Source: Paragordius varius (lineage: Eukaryota > Animalia > Nematomorpha). From it: a stretch of DNA of 64,000 nucleotides. The stretch lies in assembly GCA_964247055.1 (NCBI GenBank), contig OZ176054.1, positions 2,046,001-2,110,000 on the forward strand, written 5' to 3'. Of this stretch, positions 34,915-48,700 are shown piece by piece (the first letter of the stretch is position 1; every line of letters starts with the position of its first letter). The notes beneath the pieces are model-generated. The model was not told the DNA's origin, made no database searches, and saw only the letters and a list, made by a program, of their open reading frames with translations. The translations under genes and the position numbers were made by a program.

Positions 34915-37796
34915 TATTATTATTACATTACATGTTTTCACTCGTGAGAGCGGTCATGTTATACAACCTGTCTCGCCATAAAACTCTATCTATGGCGTCC
35001 TCTGCATTAAGCTCGTATTCTGCTAGCTCTCTTTTTACTGTATCTATCCATTTTGTTTTAGGTCGCCCACGTCCTCGTTTTCCCTCAACTATATAACCAT
35101 CTATTATTTTTGCAATATAATTAGAATCTCTCCTTTTAATGTGCCCGAACCAACGTAGCCTATTTTTTGACATTCTTTCCACTATTGCTTTAATATCTGT
35201 GCTCCCACGAATAAATCTATTCTCGATTCTGTCCTTTCTAGTTACCCCACACATCATTCTGAGCATTTTCATTTCAGTCACGTTAAATTGTCTTTCTTCG
35301 GATTTTTTGACACCCCATGTCTGTGAATTATACATCATTGAGGGCTGGACAACTGAACTGTAAATCTTACCTTTCACTCTAACATCAATATTTCGATCGC
35401 ATAATACGCTCGAAATTTTCTTCCAATTAACCCAGCTGCTCTTTATTCTTAAATTAATATCGTCAGTTAACGAACCATCTGCACTTAACATAGCTCCCAG
35501 ATATTTGCAACTTTCTTTACCCTTCAGAACCCAACTATCATCAACTACCATTTCATGTTGTGGACCCCCAAAAGTAATAAGTTCGGTTTTTGCTTTGTTT
35601 ACTTTCAGACCATATTGATCCAGCATAACAACCCATCTGTTTACCGTTCGCTTTAACTCAATTAATGAATCAGACAAGATGATTATGTCATCTGCATACA
35701 TTAAATACCATCCTGAACTCACATTAACAACCTTGGCTACCTCGTCCATACAAATTATAAACAATAAGGGGCTGAGTGATGAGCCTCGGTAGACTCCATG
35801 CTTTATTGAAAAGGGCTCTGATAAACCTTGTGGAGTTTTAATCCTGGAGGTGTGTGATTCGTACATTATTTGTAACAACTTAATATAACTTTCTGCCACC
35901 TTTTGACGACGGAGACTCCACCAAATAGTTTCTCTAGGAATCCTGTCAAACGCCTTCTCTATATCAATCAAAACCCCGTGTAATTCTTTCTTTTTTTCAA
36001 TGTGTTTTTCAATCAACCTCCTAACCGCATGTATAGGATCTACTGTTGACTTTCCTGGCATGAAACCAAATTGATTTCCTTCTATAGATATCATTTTCCT
36101 GATTCGCTTTTCAATTATTTTTTCAAACAATTTCATAGTGTGCGACATAAGTTTTATCCCTTTATAGTTACTACATTCATTTATATCACCTTTTCCTTTA
36201 AATAAAGGCACAGTTAAACTTTCCTTCCATTCAACCGGGATTTCATACGTTGAAACAACTTTATTAAATACACGCTCCAAAAAATCTAATCCCGAATTTC
36301 CAAGCACTTTCCAACAATTTTTGTTGTTTGGCATTTCTAACAAATTAGATTCTACTTCCTTTTGTTTGCTTCTATTGGTCTATCAGTAGCTTCAACTGTA
36401 TTTGGCAAAAATATCTCGCCTACCCCTTCATCTAAACTCACAAAGTACTCTTTCCATCTTTTTAATATTTCTACATTTTCGCACAGCAAGCTTCCATCTT
36501 TTCCTTTTATTGCAGTCGCATAACCTGGCAAATCCATCCTGCGTTTTTTGCTGCGCAACTTTATACACTTTGTTTAAACCTTGCTTACTATTTAACTCAT
36601 CATAAAATAAATTCATTTTTTCTTTCTTAACCTGGCCGACTAATTTTTTCAATTCCTTATTTAAACTTTTATACTTATCTCTATCATCATCATTCCTTGT
36701 ATGTCTCCATTTGTCAAAAGCCTTACCTTTTTCTCGTGACATCAATATTATTCTTTCATCGTAAAGCCAAGCCTCTCTGTATACTTGAGATTTTCCGCCT
36801 TTTAATCCACAAACTAGAGTTCCTGCCTTTTTGATTAACTGACTTACTTTATCCCAATCACCATTTAACCCACCATCCTCGGATAACCGTATTTCTTTTA
36901 TAAAAGCCTGCCTTTTTTCGGATAATTTCTCCCACTTAATACTTTTTAATCTCTTTGAATAAGAACCACTTTGTTTAGACTTTTCTTTCACGAAAGATTT
37001 ACAAATAAGTAAATTATGTTGCGAACTAACCTCTAAGTTTGGCACGACCTTACAATCTATTACAAGCTTCAATAAGTCTCTTGGAACAAGTATAAAATCT
37101 ATTTGAAATTTGTTTATGCCGCTCTTAAAAGTTACTACATGACTCTCTCTTTTTTCGAAAAACGTGTTCGCTATCGCCAAATTGTGAGATTGTGCAAATC
37201 TGAGCAAATTAATTCCTTCCTCGTTTCTTTCTCCATAAGAATGTCCCCCGTGCCATATTTCAAAAGATTCCCTTTTTGAACCAAGATGACCATTAAAATC
37301 CCCACATAAAAACCTGACTCTGAGCTGAGGGAGAGCGACTATTTTTCCATCTAGAGTCTCGTAAAATTGCTCCTTGTCTTGTTTCGGTAAACCTATTTGC
37401 GGGGCATATATACTAAATACCGTTATGACCTCGTTACCTACCAAAATATCTAAATTCATGATTCGGCTGTTATAGCGTCTTACTTCTTTAACCTGATTGG
37501 ACAATTTGGGATTAATGATAATTGCCACTCCATTTCGTCCGCCACTTTCACCTGAGTAATATAGTCGATAATTCTCTTCCAAAGTCCTTGCTCCGTTTCC
37601 GCGGTAACGAGTCTCTTGTAATGCCAAAATATCAATATGTTTAACTTTCATTATTCTCACAATATCATTTAACTTACTTTTCAATGAACCAACATTTGAA
37701 CTAGCAAAATACAGGCATCACGTATTCCTTTGCATTCTCTTTGTATTATTGGCCACAACACCAAAACCGCGGCTGGCCAGGCCTGACCGGTTATTA
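34913..37796 (-). mobile_element. RTE-clade non-LTR retrotransposon (APE endonuclease plus RT), near full length, disabled
   Basis: APE 37684-36428 (SNVGSL, LQETR, CGDFNGH, IDFILV); RT 36343-34928 (YKGIKLMSHTMKLFE, QFGF, YADD, RLRWFGHIKRR..EGKRGRGRPK). Two frameshifts near 36.35-36.55 kb and a TGA near 37720. (TGTAA)2(TAA)3 tail; candidate 7-bp TSD GTTATTA at 34913-34919 and 37790-37796. Confidence 0.93.
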
Positions 37797-39879
37797 CTAT
37801 ACACATCAATATTCATTTGACAGCTTTAAACAAACAAAATAAAAATAATAAAATTGAAGTGTCGAACTAATTATGACAAATTGATAGATGTTTAAAAAAA
37901 AACCTAGGCTATAGGTAAAAACGGAAATTATATTTCGCAATAAAAAATTTAAAGCAAAATTTATGTATAAAACAATATAAGGGTTATTTTATGTGTCACA
38001 GTAAAAAATAAAATAAATAGTGCTACAATACTTATCCAAGAATACAATCGATATATTTAAGAGGGAAAAGGCCAACGGTAAGTCCTACGTCCAAAAACAA
38101 AAATGGGAATAGGTATGTTATAACAATATTAAAGTATAGGATAAGTGATAAAAGATAGAATAAACTTTGAAGATAAATAGATATAATATAAAATAAATAA
38201 GAATTTAGAATTTTTCGTTTGTGTAGTGGTCGAACGCGCGCGCGTAACAACAGTGAATTAATAACATAGTTATTAAAATTAAACTCCGTATATTTTATAT
38301 AAAAGAAAAAAGTTTGGGCCTGGCACACGTGGCATGGGATCTTAAAACCAAACAATTTTTCTATCATCACTGTCAGCCTTGGCGGGCCATTGTTAAATTT
38401 ATGCCTTATACAATTTGGTCATTTCCGTTAATAAAAAGGGCAAAGACATTAAACTGTTTACATTTTTGCATAGATGAATATACAACTTTATGGTATCGAT
38501 TGACATTTTTATCTTTTCAATGTTATTTTATTAATAATTTTAATATTAAATTGAATAAAATTTAATATATTTTATCCAAATATTAAAGCATTAGCCATTA
38601 CCAACTTATATATGAATTTGTTGAATAATGATTTCATTTGTTTTACAGTTACTTTTTAAATATATTTATCTAAAAAATTTAGCCCCCCTTGAACTATTTT
38701 TATAAAATAAACGAGGAGTTTAAGGAGAATCAAATTGATAAGATAATAAATGTAGTTACTATTTTAAACATGAGTAAACACTAAACTGTAATGAATTAAC
38801 CTAACAAAGTTATAAGTCCAATGTAGATCCATTTTTATGCATTATAAAGAGTTATGGAGTTAAATTTATTACATTTTGACAGCAAAGTTTCGGTCAACAT
38901 TTATACATCTAAGTTTATTGCTAAAATTGTGCGCATTATATTAGTAGCTTGTATTAAAATCCCGTTAAAGTTCAGCTGTAGACACCTATTTGGTAATAGA
39001 TGGTGAATATTTTAAAAGCCAAAACTAGTTCTTTTAATAAATATAAGTTAAAAAATGTAAAAATTTATATATTTTAGTATAAATCGCTTAGGTGTGCATT
39101 CACAGTTTAAATATTTGGCAAAATTTTTTAAAGATAGCATTTCTTTGTATGAAATATTGCATATTTTACCCTAAAATTAAAAATTCTCGTTAGGTTTGCA
39201 ATAATAACATTAAGTGCCCATAAATTTTTTTATTAAAAATATCTTTTATATCTTTTTATTTCTATTTTTTTCAAAATCTCTGCGCTCCATAAAAAGGCTC
39301 TAATTACAAAGTATACCACATATTTGACATAATATGATATAAAACAAGAGGACAGTTTTCTTTTAGATCATAACTATATTTAAAAAGGAAATATCTTGAA
39401 TAGATAAAGTATCTCTTCCAAACAAAGTGAGCTTTGTTAAAAAGGGCGTTTGGCGATAATATAATTATAAGAAAAAAGTAATAAATATTATTAAACACCA
39501 TTCACCGGAATCTTACATTAAAGCAACAATTATTAATTATGTGTAAATTAAGTCGGAGTTTTAGCTAATATACCACGATAAAAGAGGGCGGCTCATGATG
39601 AAATATCTGTTCTTGCCGGTGGTTATATTTTTTAAGAAAATACTGATCAAAGCTTTAGCATAGCAGAAACATATACTAAAAATTCCTGTAATATCGCACT
39701 ACCCTCAAAATAAGGGGAAAGCTGAATTCTATTAGTTATGTTTATTTAAGAGTCAAGTGAATTTATTGCGGTTGTATGCTTTCACAAGCTCTTTATGCAA
39801 TTATATATAATTATTGTGTGTTCAATATAAAACAATTATTTAAATATCACAAAAATGTGCATAATGCAATAGTTTATTC

Positions 39880-41692
39880 CTAATTGCCAGTGTAGCGACC
39901 AATAAAAAATGGAACCAAGGATTTGGTACATATCACAGAATAGAGGAATGGCCTATTGGCGGTAAAATCATAGGTCTCTCCTACGTTAACCGGTGTATGC
40001 GTTTCTCCCGCCCCATCTCCACCATCTTCCAAAACATGTATCTGAGCCTCTTGGACAAAGAATTTAAGTGCAAACTTAGTGTCCGAATCTATGTGGCTGA
40101 AATCAGCTGTAGCTGGATCAAAAGGAGCCGTCAGACCCGAATTTTTAAACTCTGAGCTCAATTCATAATGAGATTTTGTTAGGAATTTCGGGATTTTCAC
40201 CTTAGCATTGTAATATTTCATTTCCGTCAACAGTTTTTTCAGTGCACCACTTTGTAATAAACCGGCCTCACTTGCAGTTAATTTATCGGCCGCATCTGGT
40301 AACAAAATGTAGAGGGCATAATGAGTGTTAAGAAGAGGGATTTCCAACGCTGTCAAACCCTTGTCTTTGAATAAACCAATTTTGAAAATGCCAGATTCTT
40401 CCATAAAATCGACTTGGGTAGTTTGCCCGCTCAAGCCAGTAAAGGCAGCTTTTGCAGAACTATCAAACTTATGGCTCCATTTGGGCTAATTTTAATAAAT
40501 ATATAAAGTAGTATTTATTTATAGATCAAATTTTAAAGGCTTAACTAAAATTATTACCGTAAAATCAACAGCACTAGCGATTAAAAATTTGGTGTCGGGC
40601 GTTATAAGTGTAGCCGGGAGAAAATCTTTAAATTTGTCATTTGTGCCTTTGGCTATAAACTCATTAATTTCTTTGGTCGTGCCTGTGGTATCTTTAAAAT
40701 CAACATTTCCTGTTCCTAAAGCGAATAATTGTTGGACCTATTGGAAGGAAGTATTTTTATATTAAAATTAAAAAATTGGCGCAAACAAATACGAACCAAT
40801 TTATTTGGCTTAACTTTTTTATGCTTTTAAGCATATTATTTCAAGTTAAAATACAGTTCTTACCTAAATTTACAGTAAATATTTATATATATACAAATTT
40901 ATTTAACAGAAATAAATAAAATCGTAATAATTTAAGAGTTTGTCCATTATACCTCTTTACTGTATTTGGGGAGGATTGAGATCGATTTGTCAAAATAAAA
41001 TCTGCGGACAAAATTTAAGTCATATGATTTTCCTTTGTCCTCCATGACACCCTTTGCAATTTTGGCCTGAACTTCAACATGTTTTTGTTCCAAGTCTGGT
41101 ATTCCCAATTCTGTTTTAATTGCATCTCGTGTTGCACCACTAGCCCCAAGATACAGGTTAAATAGGGCTGTTGTTAACCCAAATGGGCTAAAAAATATGC
41201 TTTTCTGGGGACTTTCTTTAACAATCTCTCTATTGTATAAACATATTTATTTACTACGGTTTATATATAATATATTCAGGTTTGTACATATGCCGAGTAT
41301 GTCTGAGTTTTTTGTAACTATTATCAACCTTGGGCAGACAATTGTTAAAGCTAATATACAATTGCAAACCTTTCATAAAAAAGAAACACACTTTATATTC
41401 TGAAATGAAATATTTCATTTCTTACTTTAACTAGACTGAGATATTAATTTTAAAACTATGAATTAAGATAAATACTTGTATGTCTCAAGTCCAACCTTCC
41501 AATTAGCTTTGACTGTTGCGCTAAAAATTGGATCATTTGGATCAGGATCGCCATGGTGCATAGAGCATACTATATAACGAATAAATTAAATGGTTTATAT
41601 CATAAATATTTTAAAAAAAATCAATTGGAAATCAAGTCCAAAGTAAAGTTACCCAAAGCTGGAATAAATACGAGACATAATAGTTTTAGCAT
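39880..41692 (-). CDS. Secreted serpin
   Basis: Exons 41692-41653, 41569-41476, 41229-40953, 40737-40558, 40485-39880. Signal peptide MLKLLCLVFIPAL; motifs SIFFSPFGLTTAL..LYLGASGAT, IN.FIAKGTNDKF, PKW, KIPKF, FTANRPFLYSV, FIGRY. Confidence 0.92.
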
Positions 41693-44600
41693 AATGGACC
41701 TGATTCCTCTGAGGAAAAAAATATAAAATAAATTAATTTAAAAAAAATTCTTATTTAAACGTTTTTGTACTCTTTGACTACGAATTTTTGGATGATTGAT
41801 TGATAGGTTCATTTTAATATTTGGTGTTTTATATTGTAAGGTTCATTCTTTATTTTTAGAAAATTTCGCATTTTTTGCATAAAATGATTTAACATTTAAC
41901 GAAAAATGCATCTGTAAATTTATATCATAAATTTTATTACGTTTCAAATTTACCCAACCTTTTCCTTCTATTTCAATAATGCTTTTAACATTAGAGTACA
42001 AACTTTACAGATGTTTTAAGGTTTAACAAACACAAAACAATTAAAAACTATATAATTAATTTAGAAAACAGGTGTATATTTGCAGAATTACATTAGGCAA
42101 AATTGAGATCAAACTTGGGATTTATAGTGCCATTATGAATGCGAATTGAGATTTAAATACGATATTTGAATCTACCAACACAGGTTATTCATAAGAGTTT
42201 ACAATAAAAAATTTGTACCACAAATCTTAGGGCTCTGCTTAATTCTTAAAATAGATAATTCCAAATCAATATTACAAAAAAACAACTAAGTTAAGATAAA
42301 ATATAATGCACATTAAATAATATTTTTTAACACCACATTATTTGGGGGTTTATCCCTAAGCCCTTTTTAAATATTTCATAAAAAATATTTAGGGCCATTT
42401 ATTTAAATGCGTTATCATTGATATAATATGAAAAAGCCCCTATTGCCCGATAAAAAGGGAAATATATATCAATAATTTGGCTTTAACAACGCTTGAGTCA
42501 CATTTCGATGCCGCTTAAGTTTGCAATCGAACACTCTAAAACAGTCATTTTTGTTTGAATCGAATATTTATATTGAAAAGTGTGAAGTTAATATTTTTAA
42601 GGATGTAACTTTCGATCTAAGCGACATACGGCAAAATAACCCTCAAAATGTAAATAAATATTTTGATTTCATAGATTTTAAGCATGATTTAAGCTAATAA
42701 AAAGATATATCACCTTATTATGGCTTTTTTCTATGAAAAACATGTTGGGGAATAAGTGAGTATAGCCCTAGGGCCGGGGCGGTGAATTAAGATTTTATTA
42801 GTTTTTTATGTGAGATTATGCTGTGACATTAGTAAATATAGCGGAGCCGTTAAGACCAGGCGTCGTAACTTACACCACTGAAAACATAAGTATATTTTAA
42901 TATCTTAAATTATAAATTTCTTTGGTATCGAAACAAAGTATGATATGATTTTAAAATACAATATATGATATAAAAACTTGAGAGTTGTGATTTCATGTAA
43001 AAATATTTGTTTTAACTATTCATTTCCTGTCTTTTTTAATTAAAAGGTTCTTATTTTATATTTTAATCAGTTTAAATTTTTTTAATTATTAATCTTCAAA
43101 AATAACCTGCTTATTTGGCTAAACATTAAGTTAATAATTTTTTTTTAAAATATTTTACGGGTAAAATGGAAAAAATTATGGATATATTTCAGATTTTTCA
43201 AAATCTAAAGTATAATATTATAAAAAATATTTTTTAAAACACTTGCTAAATTTTTTAGGTAACATAAAAATAATATATATTAATTCATATCCAAATTTTA
43301 TATAAAAAAACAAAAAGGTTTTTTGGTATATCATATTACTATTAATTTCTTTGAAGATTATCTAGCTATTTTCTACATAATTTTTAAAGTTCATTGAATT
43401 TTGAAATACCGACTGTTTTAAGTCTGCTTTTTTGAAGAAAAATTTTTTTACATTATAGGATAAATATTAAATTATTGAAAAACAGATTTTAATTTTAGAA
43501 AGAATCAAAATTTACGGGTTACATTTAGCTGTAGATAAAATTTTTGAATGTATAAAACGATTTCCATATACCTTCATAAACAATTATCAAATTATATATT
43601 GATACTTATATCATTTTAGATTCTTCATTCCAAATGTTAATTAAAATGTTGGAATATTTCTTATTCATTTATTTATATGCCTCAATCATAGGTTGTAAAT
43701 TTTTTATTACCCTGTGTACCACCTATCTGAATTTTTTAAAATTACGTAAATCCTAAAAATAGAACTCGTTTCCGTAAATCAAATAGCCCTTTCCTAATCA
43801 AATAATCAATATTTTTTATTTAAAATCACCAATCAAAATCTAGCAATATTTACGAATTAGCACGTGTCCGGTCCTTCGCTTATGAAACTACCGTACTTTG
43901 CAAAAAAACTGACCTCTAAAATTAAAACACTTATTAAAAGATAAGAGATTGTAGAGCTTTTAATATTGGCTTCAGTGAGTCACCAATTAAATTCGTGAGT
44001 TTAGGGCAATTTGTCCAGGAAATTTTTAGATATGATCGAATTCAATAATAGACACTTACATAGTTATAAATGCGCAGATTGGCCTGTCATTTTTTAAAAT
44101 TAACTAGTGGATTTAGTTCCAGGTTACATAATTTGAAAATTAAATCTTTTGGAAATTCAATATCTAAATATAAAAAGAAAATTAGTTGGATATAAGAAAA
44201 ATTAGAATAAAATATATTATTATGAGATGTTTTATGTTAAAGGCTGCAAAATATGGTCAAATAGCAATTACCACATTTTCACACTTCATTGCCTTTTCAC
44301 TTTTTTCCTAGTTTACATGTTGGGGTGGATATCTTATAGCTCAATTTTGAAAGTTAATTTAGTTAAAATTTAAACATTTTTCTGAAAAGCTTTTTATTTT
44401 TTACAGTTACTGACTTCTAGAGTCTAAGATTGGGACAGAAAACACGATTGAAACGAACGCTAATATTAAAATCATTGAAAGCTTTTTAACATCAAATGTT
44501 TACATTTTTAAGCCATAATATACAGTTAACTGCCTGTTGCATTAGCGATGTAAAAAAATTAATAATAAAATGGGGACAAAAAAGTTTAAAAGGATTTTTT

Positions 44601-45229
44601 ATTTACATTATAAAAAATTTATATGTGCATAAACGGCTAAAGGCATATTTTTAAAATCCAGCTTAATATCTTAAATACTTATAAAGATATTCATTTTAAA
44701 TAGGTCTGGGTAAAACTATCACAAAGGATAATACAGTGTTGATTATGAAATATGTTTGGACTTTAATAAACGTACTTACTTAAATTTAATAGAAAAAGCC
44801 AATTATTTTCACTTTTGTCAAGTGCCCTTTCCAAAACTCAAATAATATTTATTGTTCACAAGAAATCGAAAAATTGGCAATATAAAATCTTTTTACGTTT
44901 TTAAATTTAAATAAAAAAGAAAAACAGTATATTATGATAGTATAGAAAATATTAATGGATTAGATCTGGGGTGGTGAACACGCGACCCTGCGAGACTTTC
45001 TCTGCGGCCCGCGAAAAATTTAGAATCCATAATTTGCAAAAACATATTCACTACTTGGTAAAATTGATGATTCTTCGACAATTTTTTATAATTATGTCTA
45101 TCCAAATAGCATGAACGAGAAAAATTGTTTCAATCCGTTTTCTTTTTGAAATCTCATTTTTATAACCAATAAATTATTTTTGAATGTCCATAATTTCGGG
45201 GCCCATCGGAATTATTGCGCAACAAAAAG

Positions 45230-47710
45230 CAGGGGCGTACCAAGGGGGGGGGGGGCAAGGGGGTGCATCATGCCCCGGGCGCTGTTATTTAGGGGCGCCT
45301 TAAAGGTTTTTTCAAAATTAAATTTTAATAATGCAAAAATAATAAGAACTTTCAAATGAGATTTTTCAGAATTAGGTAATAATCCCTAAAATATATACTC
45401 TATATTATTCACCTGATTAGTACCAAACAGAATGACTTAACATTTTTGAGATTGGAAAAAGAAATATATGATAGATTTTAATAATATAAATGATAATTTT
45501 GACCTTCATATAATTAATATTTTATTAAATAAAATGCATTATAATTCTGTTTATGTATTGTAAAATTCTCCTAGATTTACAATTATTTTTTAAATCATTA
45601 TTGCTCGCCATTATCATAAGATAAATTCAATATATGCAACAAAAACATTATTTTTATATATAACTAAAAAAAATCACGGGCTGCTAAGCAGCCCGAGGAA
45701 GTCCTTCGGACTTCTTGGGTGGGAGGGGGCGCTATTTGAAAAAGTATTTCGAAACATTATTTAATAGCTATGATTCATAAAATTTTAAAACGGTGCATTC
45801 ATACTAATATATTGTTTACTTGGGGCAAACGGTCTCATACCTAGGGCGAAAAATAGATTTAAAAAATTATTTTTGTGTGTTTTTTGAAATTGGCATTTTA
45901 TGGGGGGAGCGGGTAAATATAGGGCCTAAATTAAAAAAGCGAGACGACCGCGCAATCGAAAATGAGTAAACAAAAATCACATTTGAAATATGGCATAACA
46001 CGTTCTCCGGAAGATTGTCTCAAAGACACTATTTTTGTGGACTTCTGTTTTCAAAAAAAACCGTTTTTTACACGAGGTGTGCCCGGAACTGGGGGCCTAT
46101 TTCAAAAAAGGGCGAAGATATTGTCGGGACATTTATTAATGATTATATTTTTTCGATGTTTGGATTTGAATGGGTCTACCGGTTTTTCGGAAACATACAA
46201 AGCAGTTTTAATGAGCTCATATGGCTTCCTAATTTTCTGTAAATTAGCTCCAAATCAAAGCAATTTCTATAAGGTGGACCAGTTTTTGAAGGGTACTTTT
46301 AACCCAGAGCAGGTATAAAAAAGCGCTCTAACTAGAAGCGAAATAAAAAAACGCTCAATTAAATTTTTTGCCTTAATTCGGGTAATACCTGGAATCATGA
46401 TTGATTCCATATGCTCTCGTGGTGCACCATAACCAAAAAGTCATCCTATGGTGGCGTATATTTTCAGGGTTAGGGCCTAATTAAGGGTTAATTTAATATA
46501 ATACTAAAATTTTTTCCCTCTTAAGGTAATATTTCAAGCCTTATTGAACTCATATGGCTTGATAAGTTTCCTAAAATTTGCCTATAAAATCACGCTGTAT
46601 CGATATGGTGGCGCAGTTGTTGGGTGGAGTTCCCTACCCAGAAGCCAATATAAAAAAGACGTTCGTAAAAAATTTGTCTTTATAGGATAATAACTGGAAT
46701 CATTTTTCATTCCTTATGTTATTAATAGTTTAGGAATGGCTTAAAAACTAAATAATAGTTAATGATAGCGCATTTTTAGGGCGTAAAGAGCCTAATTAAC
46801 GGCTAATTTAAAAAAACCGCTGGACTCAAATTTTTGACTTTTACGGGTAATATTTCAGGCCTATATTAAACTTTTATAACCTGTAATTTTTTTGAAAATT
46901 AAGTCCTAAACAACGCAATTTCGATATGGTGGCGCAGTTTTAGGCGAGTAGCTCCTTACCCAACAGCTGATACAAAAAAACGATTGATTAAAATTTTTGC
47001 GTTTTTACGGAGAATACCTGGAATCATTATTGATTCCATATGCTCTCATTAGTATTTGGAAAAATTGCCTTAAAACTAAAAAATCATTCTATAGTGGCGT
47101 ATTTTTGAGGGTGTGAATAAAAATTCGTACGACCTAAATTTTTGCTTTGTTATGGGTAATATTTTAACTATTGAACTCATATGGCCTGATAGGTTTTTTG
47201 AAAATTAGCCCCAAAGGCACCCTATTTCCTTATTATGGGGCAATTTTTAGGGGGTATCTCCTTACCCAGCAGCCAATATGAAAAAACGCTCGACTAAAAT
47301 ATTTGCCTTTTAACAGGGAATACCTGGAATCCTTAAGATCCTTATTGAATTTTTAGAGTCTCGTAACTTGGGCGAAATATAGATTCAAAAAATTATTTTT
47401 GTGGACAATTTATTTGAAAAAATGGCAATTTACGGGGGGAGCGGGTAAAAAGGGGGCGGAAAATAAAAAAGCGAGCTGACTATGTTAGGCGCAAATTAAA
47501 TAAGTAAAAAAAAATATATGTGAAATCGAATGGTCCAACACGTTTTCAGGAATTGTCTCAAAGACACGATTTTTCAAAAAAAAACCGTTTTTTACACGGG
47601 GTGGGCCCGAACTGGGGGCCTAATTCAAAAAAAGACGAATCTATTGTCGGGGCATTCATTAATGATTATATTTTTTCGACATTTGGATATGAATATAGTT
47701 TAAGAAGCCT

Positions 47711-47744
<34 letters not shown>

Positions 47745-47903
47745 TTAAAATTTATATGACTGTGCTGTCTTATCTATGGTGTTTAGGTTACAACGTTTGT
47801 ATTGTTTTTACTAAATTGTATTATTGGCTTTAAAAAAAGGGGGGAGGGGGGGCGCCATAAAATTTTTATGCCCCGGGCGCCGCAAATGCTCGGTACGCCA
47901 CTG
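45230..47903. mobile_element. Inner non-autonomous hAT element nested in the outer one
   Basis: TIRs CAGGGGCGTAC / GTACGCCACTG; perfect 8-bp TSD ACAAAAAG (45222-45229, 47904-47911); subterminal ATGCCCCGGGCGC at both ends. Confidence 0.9.
45838..47690. repeat. About 330-bp direct repeats (about 45838-46170, 47366-47690) flanking four degenerate 305-330-bp tandem units
   Basis: Unit markers CTCATATGG (46216, 46549, 47176) and CTGGAATC (about 46390, 46695, 47018, 47324). The flanking repeats share GGGGGAGCGGGTAAA, TTGTCTCAAAGACAC and AACTGGGGGCCTA. Confidence 0.8.
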
Positions 47904-48245
47904 ACAAAAAGCGGCCCAAAAAGCCATTTCTCTTGGACACCCCTGGTTTAGATGTTCTCTCACTAAATTTGCTATTTTTTACTTGTTCTAATTTGCTTGA
48001 TACTTAAATCAAGAAATAATTTGATGACAAATAAAAAAAACTTAACATAAAATGTAAATCAGAGCTACTTCAGCGCATTATCTTTATTTATTAATATGAT
48101 CTACTATATCAACTTTTGAGCCAATATCCATAATTAGACATAAACGAATTCTAAAAACAACTTAACTGCTAAAACTTTGAGTTTTACCCTTAGTGTACCA
48201 TGATCCCGGATTTTCGGAATATAAAAGCTGACTGCTGGTATTATA

Positions 48246-48507
48246 CCATTTACAATTCAAAATTCACCCTTAAACAATTCGAATTCGCCCAAGAACAATT
48301 TAAATTATAAGATTTAAAATTACCTATATTTTTATATATTTTTAAAAAATAAAATGTTTCAAAAATAATAATCTATGCCATAAAGATATATTTCATATTA
48401 ATAATGAGTTATATTAGTTCGAAAATTCATCATTGATTTTTAGGGTGAATGTGAATTGTTCATGGGTGAATTTGAATTGTTTGAGGGTGAATTTAAACTG
48501 TAAATGG
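48246..48507. mobile_element. MITE, same family as 27196-27457
   Basis: TA|CCATTTACAATTCAAAATTCACCC ... GGGTGAATTTAAACTGTAAATGG. Confidence 0.8.
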
Positions 48508-48534
48508 TCTATTATTATAATATGCGAAACAACT

Positions 48535-48700
48535 ACCTGCCATAGGACTCTATTATAGCGTCTTCAGCTTTAAGCTTGTAATTTGCTAGAATTCTTTTTA
48601 TTGTGTCCATCCATCCCGTTTTAGTGCTCCCCAGTCCCTGTTTTCCCTTCAATTATATGACTTTCTTCTATTGGCAAACGAATATAGTTTATTTTTTATC
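48535..48700 (-). mobile_element. RTE LINE 3' fragment related to 34913-37796
   Basis: IIEGK..., GWMDTIKRILANYKLKAEDA and RVLWQ match KWIDTVKRELAEYELNAEDAIDRVLWR. Confidence 0.7.

Larger units (their letters stand above)
44966..47945. mobile_element. Outer non-autonomous hAT (Charlie-like) element
   Basis: Ends CTGGGGTGGTGAA...CGGCCCGCG and TTGGACACCCCTG; 8-bp flanks GATTAGAT / GTTTAGAT (7 of 8 match). Confidence 0.7.

Noticed and set aside
41693-41710. Acceptor-like CAG 7 nt upstream of the serpin ATG as trans-splicing evidence
   Set aside because: A 5' UTR intron explains it equally well, and the CDO and thyroglobulin-gene starts lack such a site.
45962-47759. ORFs of 75-118 aa within the nested hAT repeats
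   Set aside because: The frames are not conserved between the two repeat copies and contain no transposase motifs.
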